A stretch of 33,044 bases of DNA from Myxococcota bacterium (lineage in GTDB: Bacteria; Myxococcota_C; UBA6777), in NCBI GenBank assembly GCA_023150835.1, contig JAKLKB010000068.1, forward strand, positions 1 to 33,044, in the 5' to 3' direction. Under the pieces are notes generated by a model that was not told where the DNA came from, did no database searches, and worked only from the letters and a program-made list of their open reading frames with translations. Below are positions 26,214 to 33,044 of this stretch, piece after piece; positions within the stretch are counted from its first letter, which is position 1; the number at the start of each line of letters is the position of its first letter. A program made the translations under genes and the position numbers.

Positions 26214-28199
26214 CTAACGTTGTGGAGGTGCCACAGGCTGCGACGGGGGAATCTCCATCCCGCGACTCGGGGCTGTGGAGGGTTCTTCTTTTGGGTCTGT
26301 TGGTGCGGGCGATGCCGCGCCTGCCGGCTTCATCTGCAAGTAGCTATCGAAGTCGCTATTGCTGTTGATCGGGCGCATACGACCCCACATCCAAGCGTAT
26401 TGCATCGGAAACATCGCCGTCAACACCGCTTGCATCCCCTGTAACCTCGGTGCATAACGTCGCGCCAACACTGCCATCTTCTCGATATCCAAATACCCCA
26501 CCCCGTTGTTCGCGGGGCTTTGCTTGAGCGCTTGCGCAAAATGCGCAGCCTGCAACACAGAAGCCGCCTTGTTTTCTGTCGTATCGAGGATCGCTCGCAA
26601 CATCGGAAGCGTCGCCCCTCTCTCGGGTTCCACCGTCAACACCGCAAAACGCCCCACCCGCATCAGCGCGATATCCAATGGAAACCCACTTGGTCCCGAC
26701 ACTTGCGCTCGGTACACCACACCGCTCGGCGTCGTAAAACTCGATAGCTTCGCTCGCGGATTCGCCCCCAACGTCTGAACTCCACGCGCCCACCACCGAC
26801 CCATCTTCTCGTCAAAGCTCGCTCCATCCGCGATCTCCAGATACAACGCCCCTTGCAACATCTTTTGGCCTTGCGCAGACAACGTAAACGCCACTTCTTC
26901 ACCCAAGATGCCTCGCCACTTGGCCAGCGGGATATTCATCGGCATCGGACCCATCGCCTTAAGCATCTCGTCGAAGAAATCGACATACACTCGCACAAAA
27001 TTCCCGCTCAACAACGCAAACACATCTTTCGGGATCGATGAATACACCCGCATCGCCGACACCAACGGCAACGTCTTGATCGCACGAATCAACGGAAGCT
27101 GATCGCCTCCTTTGATCTCCATCTTCATCCCCGCGCTGTAGCGATCCCCTTGCACTTTCCCAATCAACCACGCATCCCCGTAAACTCCGATGTATTTCTT
27201 CGAGTACTCCTGAAACTTATCCAAGTACTCCATGAAAGGCATCCCCTGAAGCTGCTTCATCTGTTGTTGCTGCTGCTTCATCGCATCCTTCGTGAACTCC
27301 TGATAATTCAGATACATCTGAAATCGCGTCTGGGCATCTTGGTTCTGCACAAAAGCGTCATGCTTCGGGTGTTTCGCTTGGGTCGAAAATCGATCCAAGG
27401 CCGCTCGCAAACTCTCTGGCCGCGACGCCAACACCACATAACCTGCCTTGTGGATCGCCACCCCAAGCTTGTCCATGCGCATCACATACGCCTCTTTGTA
27501 AGGCGTCAACGGCGGAGCCTGTAGATTTTTTTGCATCCACACCTGCGGGTTGTCGAGATCTCCGCACGTCACCGTATCCCCTTGGATCACAAATGCACGC
27601 ATCTCCCGACACGCCCCTCGCTTGCGCATCATCCCACTCGTAAACAACTCGCCCATATCCTTGGGCATCCGACCATAACGCGACTGGTACAACTGCACCG
27701 CTTGCCGCGCATCCGCACAGATCCGCTGACATGTCTGGTACTCTTGCATCGCAAAATAATTCGGCAACACCTGCTTCACCAACGCCAACACCCGATCCGT
27801 ATTCTGCAACGGCAACACCGCGATCATATCGGGGATTCCTTTGGCCGAGTACAAGTCGCTAAAATACACTGTCGCGCTCGGACGCGCCGGCAAGCCCAAC
27901 GCCGCAAAGGTCTCGTTCCAATCCTGCGGAATCGACGGCAATCGTAGCATCTGCGCCATCTGCATCCGCCCCATCCCCAACACCCCTCGCGCTGTCGCCT
28001 CCATTCCATAACGGCCCGAAAGCGCCATCAGATCGTCCAAAGAAGCCTGCACATCGTTGAAATGGAAGATCATCGACCCCTTGCTGTCAAAAAACCGCAG
28101 CGCTGTATACGGTTGGGCTTGGACTCCCCATGCACTCAACCACAACCACGCTCCCAGCAACGCCACCAATCCCCGCATCATCCGTCTTTTTCGTTGCAT
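26214..28199 (-). CDS. Exported hypothetical protein (possibly DUF3352-like scaffold)
   Basis: AAGGAG precedes ATG 28199. Signal peptide MQRKRRMMRGLVALLGAWLWLSAWGVQA. Segments GYVVLASRPESLRAAL, LGEEVAF and GYLDIEK resemble DUF3352-type proteins (weak, by eye). Confidence 0.7.
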   Translation of the reverse strand: MQRKRRMMRGLVALLGAWLWLSAWGVQAQPYTALRFFDSKGSMIFHFNDVQASLDDLMALSGRYGMEATARGVLGMGRMQMAQMLRLPSIPQDWNETFAALGLPARPSATVYFSDLYSAKGIPDMIAVLPLQNTDRVLALVKQVLPNYFAMQEYQTCQRICADARQAVQLYQSRYGRMPKDMGELFTSGMMRKRGACREMRAFVIQGDTVTCGDLDNPQVWMQKNLQAPPLTPYKEAYVMRMDKLGVAIHKAGYVVLASRPESLRAALDRFSTQAKHPKHDAFVQNQDAQTRFQMYLNYQEFTKDAMKQQQQQMKQLQGMPFMEYLDKFQEYSKKYIGVYGDAWLIGKVQGDRYSAGMKMEIKGGDQLPLIRAIKTLPLVSAMRVYSSIPKDVFALLSGNFVRVYVDFFDEMLKAMGPMPMNIPLAKWRGILGEEVAFTLSAQGQKMLQGALYLEIADGASFDEKMGRWWARGVQTLGANPRAKLSSFTTPSGVVYRAQVSGPSGFPLDIALMRVGRFAVLTVEPERGATLPMLRAILDTTENKAASVLQAAHFAQALKQSPANNGVGYLDIEKMAVLARRYAPRLQGMQAVLTAMFPMQYAWMWGRMRPINSNSDFDSYLQMKPAGAASPAPTDPKEEPSTAPSRGMEIPPSQPVAPPQR

Positions 28200-28340
28200 T
28201 GTTTCTCCTTTTACAACGCAGCCCAAACTCTGTAGGCCGCCATCCAACGCTCGACACTCAACAACCTTCAACACTCAACAACCGTGAACGACTCGGCAAC
28301 CGCGCAAGTCCTCTCCGTATCAAAGCGACGCCGCTGGCCC

Positions 28341-28464
28341 AAAAACCGTGTTCGCACCCGCCCAAGCGAGAGCATTGCCTGTTTGAAAAACGCTCGATCT
28401 CTTCGCCGATACGGGGTCAAGGGTGCCGCGACCTATGGCGGGGCGTGGGGTGGAACCCCACAAA
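28341..28464 (+). repeat. Family A element, copy 2
   Basis: AAAAACCGTGTTCG...CAAGCGA...GTTTGAAAAACGCT...GATACGGGGTCAAGGG...GGCGGGGCGTGGGGTGGAACCCCACAAA. Confidence 0.88.
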
Positions 28465-28481
28465 GCCGAACAGACGGCAGC

Positions 28482-28643
28482 ATACGATATCCAGAAGATG
28501 TGTGCGCCATGTCGAGGCGATCCGCCGATATCCAAAAGATGTGTGCGCCATGTCGAGGCGATCCGCTGTAATTGCCCTGTTCTTGGTCTGCCACAAGGGG
28601 CAGCCCCTACGTTTTACCATCACACCACAGACGGACTTCGTCT
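28482..28643 (-). repeat. Family B element, copy 3, with internal 41-bp duplication
   Basis: Begins ATACGATATCC. Reverse complement contains GTGTGATGGTAAAACGTAGGGGCTGCCCC. Bases 28485-28525 recur at 28526-28566. Confidence 0.78.
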
Positions 28644-28657
28644 CAACGCTCTTCGTC

Positions 28658-30697
28658 TTATAACTCTGCCGCCAACAAGGTTCCTTGTTGAATTGCGCGT
28701 TTGGCATCTAATTCTGCCGCCACATCCGCACCACCGATCAAGCGTACCTCTTTTCCTGCCGCTTGCAAGGGGGCCAACAACGCACGCTGCGGCTCTTGTC
28801 CTGCGCACAAGATCACATGATCTACCGCCAGTACTTGAGCCTTTCCCTTCACGCTCAGATGCAGCCCCTGATCGTCGATCTTTTCGTACACACAGTCCGA
28901 CAGCATCGTCACTTGCTTGTTGCGCAACGTCGTCCGATGAATCCATCCCGTCGTCTTACCCAAGCGCTCCCCCAACTTCCCGCCTGATCGCTGGCACAAA
29001 TAGATCTGCCGCGCAGGGGCCGACACCACCGCCTCTTTCAACGCCCCCGGGCGCGAATGGCTCATATCCACGCCCCATTCATCCATATACGCCGCGATAT
29101 CTTGCGACGTCGGCGTCTCTTCTTTCCGATGCGTCAAATACTCCGCCACATCAAACCCGATCCCGCCCGCTCCAACAATCGCCACCTTCTCCCCCACAGG
29201 CCGATGCCCTTGCAAGACATCCACATAAGACAGCACTTTTGGATGATCTACCCCTTGGATACGGACTTCGCGTGGGACCACGCCCGTTGCCAACACGATC
29301 ACCTCGTACTCTCCGCTCTGCAAAAATGCCGCGCTCACCCGCTCTCCCAAACGCACTTCCACACCCGTCAAGCGCAACTGCGTTTGAAAATACCGCAACG
29401 TCTCCGAAAACTCCTCTTTGCCCGGGATCTGCCGCGCCATCAAAAACTGCCCACCGATCTGTTCTCCCGCCTCAAACAACGTCACCTTGTGACCGCGCTT
29501 CGCCGCTGTCGTCGCACACGCCAATCCCGCTGGACCCGCACCTACCACCGCGATCCGACGCGCCCTTGTCGTCGCCTTGATCGTGATCTCTGTCTCATAA
29601 CACGCCAGCGGATTCACCAAACAACTGCATCGCTTGTTTTGAAAGATGTGATCCAAACAAGCCTGATTGCACGCGATGCACGTATTGATCTCTTCTTCTC
29701 GACCTTCTCTTGCCTTTTTTACCCAATCAGGATCCGCCAAAAACGGCCTTGCCATCGAGATCAGATCCGCATCTCCCGCCGCCAACACCGACTCCGCAAC
29801 CTCTGGCATATTGATCCGATTCGAGGCCACCAGCGGAATCGACACCTCGCCCCGCAACTTCCGCGTCACCCATGTAAACGCCGCTCGCGGAACCATCGTC
29901 GCGATCGTCGGCACTCGCGCCTCATGCCAACCGATCCCCGTGTTGAGGATCGACGCCCCCGCTTCTTCGATCGCTTTCCCCAACGTGACGACTTCCTGCC
30001 ATGTGCTACCATCTGGAACCAGATCCAACATCGACAACCGATAAATAATCAAAAACTCCCGTCCCACCGCCTCTCGAATCTGTCGCACGATCTCCACAGG
30101 AAAACGCATCCGCTTCTCGTACTCTCCACCCCATTCATCGCCGCGTTTGTTCGTATGTTGTGCAAGAAACTGGTTGATCAAATAACCTTCCGATCCCATC
30201 ACCTCCACACCATCATAACCCGCTTCTTTCGCTCGCACCGCACAGTTCACAAAGTCCCCTATCGTCCGCCTCACTCCACCATTCGACAATGCTCTCGGGC
30301 GAAACGGACTGATCGGCGCCTTGATCGCACTCGGTGCCACCGCCAACGGCGAATAACTGTACCGACCCGCATGCAAGATCTGCATACAGATCACTCCTCC
30401 CTCCCGATGCACCGCGTCTGTCACATAACGATGCTTCCGCACCTCCCACCCATTCGACAACCGCGCCGCAAACGGCTTCACCCATCCCGCAAAGTTCGGG
30501 GCCACCCCTCCCGTCACGATCAACCCCGCTTCCCCCGCTGCTCTCGCCGCAAAATACTCCCCCAACTTCTTCAAACCAAACCACTCTTCTTCCAAACCCA
30601 CGTGCATCGAACCCATCATCGCCCGATTCTTCAACGTCACATGACCCACTTCCAACGGGGCCAACAAATGCGGGTACTTCGCGTTTCCTCCAACCAT
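28658..30697 (-). CDS. fadH: NADPH-dependent 2,4-dienoyl-CoA reductase
   Basis: LKNRAMMGSMHVGLEE, QILHAGRY, GYDGVEVMGSEGYLINQF, GIGWHEARVPTIA, the 4Fe-4S motif CIACNQACLDH...C, GAGPAG, GAGGIGFD and ELDAKRAI. Start ATG 30697. Confidence 0.96.
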   Translation of the reverse strand: MVGGNAKYPHLLAPLEVGHVTLKNRAMMGSMHVGLEEEWFGLKKLGEYFAARAAGEAGLIVTGGVAPNFAGWVKPFAARLSNGWEVRKHRYVTDAVHREGGVICMQILHAGRYSYSPLAVAPSAIKAPISPFRPRALSNGGVRRTIGDFVNCAVRAKEAGYDGVEVMGSEGYLINQFLAQHTNKRGDEWGGEYEKRMRFPVEIVRQIREAVGREFLIIYRLSMLDLVPDGSTWQEVVTLGKAIEEAGASILNTGIGWHEARVPTIATMVPRAAFTWVTRKLRGEVSIPLVASNRINMPEVAESVLAAGDADLISMARPFLADPDWVKKAREGREEEINTCIACNQACLDHIFQNKRCSCLVNPLACYETEITIKATTRARRIAVVGAGPAGLACATTAAKRGHKVTLFEAGEQIGGQFLMARQIPGKEEFSETLRYFQTQLRLTGVEVRLGERVSAAFLQSGEYEVIVLATGVVPREVRIQGVDHPKVLSYVDVLQGHRPVGEKVAIVGAGGIGFDVAEYLTHRKEETPTSQDIAAYMDEWGVDMSHSRPGALKEAVVSAPARQIYLCQRSGGKLGERLGKTTGWIHRTTLRNKQVTMLSDCVYEKIDDQGLHLSVKGKAQVLAVDHVILCAGQEPQRALLAPLQAAGKEVRLIGGADVAAELDAKRAIQQGTLLAAEL

Positions 30698-30882
30698 CCT
30701 TCGCTCCTTCGCTTCGCTTCCTTCGGTGAACCTTGGCTCATCGTTGTACCCAAACGCCCCTCCCCCGACAAGGCCCCTTCTCCACACCACCACAAGCCAT
30801 CCGCTTCTTTTCGGGTTTAGGCCGCGTGTTGTGGGTTTTGTTTTTGGCCGCTCTTTGCGTTTGTTTTGGCTGCTCTTTCGGC

Positions 30883-31005
30883 TTTGTGGGGTGCCACCCC
30901 ACGCCCCGCAAGGGAACTTCGTCCCCTTGACCCCGTATCGGCGAACAAAGCATCCTTTTTCAAGCCAACAACACCATCGATTGGACGGGTGCGAACACGC
31001 CTTTT
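30883..31005 (-). repeat. Family A element, copy 3 (inverted)
   Basis: Reverse complement AAAAGGCGTGTTCGCACCCG...CTTGAAAAAG...GATACGGGGTCAAGGGGACGAAGTTCCCTTGCGGGGCGTGGGGTGGCACCCCACAAA. Confidence 0.88.
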
Positions 31006-31205
31006 CAAACCCATCGCCACGCCTCTCTGACCTCCACGAACACCCCTCCTCAAAAAAACAGGTGCAAAGCTCCAAGACTTTGTGTAGAGTCCAATCATTC
31101 ATCCACCCAAGCCCCCCTCCACTTCAACGAAGCCCATACATACGTCCACGACCAAACACCTCTCCGAACTCTTTGCACGAAAACTCGTCTTTGCCTGCTC
31201 CAACT

Positions 31206-31236
31206 TCCCCCCGTTCACGGGGGGATTGAGGGGGGG
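31206..31236. repeat. G/C-run palindromic REP-like hairpin, second copy
   Basis: TCCCCCCGTTCACGGGGGGATTGAGGGGGGG. Confidence 0.7.
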
Positions 31237-31297
31237 AGAAAAAAAAAGGCGATCAAGACCGACTCTACGAGGTTTCCACCTTAACAAGGCGCGTATG

Positions 31298-31344
31298 GGG
31301 GCAGCCCCTACATCGTTCGTGTACACAAGGGGCGGATTTCGTAT
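31298..31344 (-). repeat. Family B half element
   Basis: Reverse complement ATACGAAATCCGCCCCTTGTGTACACGAACGATGTAGGGGCTGCCC matches the left arm and GTAG core. Confidence 0.62.
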
Positions 31345-31418
31345 CACCTCTTCCCTTGTGCAACCTCATCGGCTAGAACGAAAAAGACACTTTTTCCAAA
31401 CCGTAGAGGAAAACGATC

Positions 31419-32813
31419 ATGGCTATCACACGCCCCACCCATCCTGCGATCCCACAGACAACCTCGACAACTTCGACAACCTCTGCTGCCCCGAGACCGA
31501 CAGGCTCCACAGCCCCAGCGTCCCCGACGACGGCACATCCAACCACGACGCCCCCAACTACGGCAGCAGCGCTCCCTGCGGCCCAAGATCAATTTTCTCC
31601 AGAGCTTGGTTCGAGTTTTGTTCACCAGCTTCTTGGGTTAGATCGAGACGCAGACGGACGGATCAGCCGCCAAGAGTTTGCCACAGGCCAACCCACCCTT
31701 GAACGCATCAGCCAAGACGGGCGCCCCCAAAATCGCGCCGAACAAAGCGTATTTCGCGCCATGATGGACGCTTATCGGAGTACCCCAAGCCAGCCCACAC
31801 CGACGAGTCCATCACCCACGACTCCAAGTACTCCCGTATCTCCGTCCCTGACAAGCCCCAACGCCTCCGCAACCAACGAAAACGACCCCTTGCTCTCTTA
31901 CAGCATCCAAGATGGACGCCTAGTCGCGCTCGCTCCTCATGCGGGGACATCGATCCCACCGCTATTTTCGACGCCTCATCTCGATGCAAACCAAGGGGGG
32001 CTGCCCTCCACCTTACTGGCGACTCCTACAGCCCGCGTCATACACGGCGATGACCCGGGAGATTTCTACTGCGAACACATGTTCTTTGGCGCACAGATGG
32101 CGGCTTCTGCACCCGAAAGCAGCATCCAAACCAACGCCCAAGGCGAAAAGCTTGTGGGCTTCTTGCACGTTCCTTCGGATGCTTGGACGCAACAAGCCTC
32201 CTCCGCAGGTTACACCCAAGAACAACGTCACGCAGGAACCCGCCAAGTGATCGGTGCTGCGTTGCGCGGATACGCCGACCAGATCGCCGCGCAACAAACA
32301 GACGGGTCGATCCGTATGATGTTAACGGGTTATGACCAGTTCATGTCTGTTCGCAACAACCCAACGGGCGACTTTGTCTCTCATCGCGAAAACCTTGATG
32401 CGAGTATGCGCGCTGCGTTTGGCGATCGGTTGCTTACCCCCCAAGGCTCGCCCGTATCGATCGAGCCGCCCCCTTCCACCGACACGCACTCCTACCGCTA
32501 CACGATCCGAGGCGAAGACGGAACCCCCCGCGAGATCGAGCTTACAGCGTCTCGCTTTCCTGTGGACGATACCACGATCAATCCGCAGTCTTCGACTTCG
32601 ATCCAACGATCCATTTCCCGATATGCCCCCCACGCCGTGATCTCGATGGGTGTCGCAGGCTCGGGTTCCTACAAGGCCGAACACCGCGCCGATAGCGGCG
32701 GCCTGTTGCGCACCTCAGACAGCGCACAACACAACGAATCCGCCACCGACACCCTCCGCCTGCGTGATAACTTCTCCCTCGCACGCGCCATCCACGCCGG
32801 ACAACGACCCTAA
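31419..32813 (+). CDS. EF-hand protein with putative circularly permuted pyroglutamyl peptidase I (C15)-like domain
   Basis: Thr/Pro-rich N-terminus and EF-hand DRDADGRISRQE. Motifs DDPGDFYCEHMFF, VGFLHVP, MMLTGYDQF..VRNNPT and PHAVISMGVA...AEHRA. GAGG precedes the ATG. Confidence 0.75.
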   Translation: MAITRPTHPAIPQTTSTTSTTSAAPRPTGSTAPASPTTAHPTTTPPTTAAALPAAQDQFSPELGSSFVHQLLGLDRDADGRISRQEFATGQPTLERISQDGRPQNRAEQSVFRAMMDAYRSTPSQPTPTSPSPTTPSTPVSPSLTSPNASATNENDPLLSYSIQDGRLVALAPHAGTSIPPLFSTPHLDANQGGLPSTLLATPTARVIHGDDPGDFYCEHMFFGAQMAASAPESSIQTNAQGEKLVGFLHVPSDAWTQQASSAGYTQEQRHAGTRQVIGAALRGYADQIAAQQTDGSIRMMLTGYDQFMSVRNNPTGDFVSHRENLDASMRAAFGDRLLTPQGSPVSIEPPPSTDTHSYRYTIRGEDGTPREIELTASRFPVDDTTINPQSSTSIQRSISRYAPHAVISMGVAGSGSYKAEHRADSGGLLRTSDSAQHNESATDTLRLRDNFSLARAIHAGQRP

Positions 32814-32922
32814 CTCCTCGCCCCACCGAAGCCAACGCCCCCGACGCACCTCGACCAACACGCGAAACATGCCTCGCACCCGCCCGAGCCACCCGCCCCC
32901 AAACTCGAAAACACCTCACAAC

Positions 32923-33044
32923 AAAAAAGCCGTGTTCGTAGCACTTCAAGCGACACAGATGTTGGTTTGAAAAACGCTGTTGGCCCCGTCCATACGGGGT
33001 CAAGGGAGCCGCGCTCCCTGCGGGGCGTGGGGCAGCGCCCCATA
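32923..33044 (+). repeat. Family A element, copy 4 (reaches window edge)
   Basis: AAAAAAGCCGTGTTCG...CAAGCGA...GTTTGAAAAACGCT...ATACGGGGTCAAGGGAGCCGCGCTCCCTGCGGGGCGTGGGGCAGCGCCCCATA. Confidence 0.88.

Noticed and set aside
17652-30820. Long antisense or alternate-frame ORFs (e.g. 17652-19148 -, 19247-20518 -, 24055-25386 +, 29057-30820 +)
   Set aside because: They shadow well-supported genes, have no recognisable motifs, and are expected from the biased codon usage.
30698-31102. N-terminal extension of FadH
   Set aside because: It translates through family A copy 3; FadH similarity begins at 30697.
1-33044. Autonomous transposase, integrase, RAYT, tRNA or rRNA genes
   Set aside because: None recognisable in the sequence or ORF track; any enzyme mobilising the repeats would have to be encoded elsewhere.

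Overview
GC-rich bacterial chromosomal segment, probably from Myxococcota or a related deltaproteobacterial lineage (inferred from three multidomain Hanks-type kinases with TPR or PEGA domains, plus LRR and HEAT proteins). It has 16 supportable CDSs: tcdA, a TatD hydrolase, a TPR kinase, an LRR protein, a zinc-finger SDR, a zinc-ribbon/PEGA kinase, a HEAT protein, an NAD-dependent epimerase/reductase, a TonB-dependent receptor, an orphan LivJ-like lipoprotein, a second PEGA kinase, an AEC transporter, type III glutamine synthetase, an exported hypothetical protein, fadH and an EF-hand/peptidase protein. I recognised no rRNA, tRNA, transposase or cas gene. Highlights: (1) 31419-32813 carries all motifs of pyroglutamyl peptidase I (C15) in circularly permuted order, behind an EF-hand. 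(2) Most larger intergenic gaps are mosaics of dispersed repeat families: a ~125-bp element with a conserved terminal hairpin (4 copies), a ~112-bp TIR-bounded GTAG-REP element (3 copies plus a half copy), TTCCG 9-mer arrays, and 28, 41 and 76-bp tandem arrays. (3) CRP/FNR-type boxes lie upstream of both the TonB-dependent receptor and the neighbouring binding protein. All calls come from reading motifs by eye; no searches were run.
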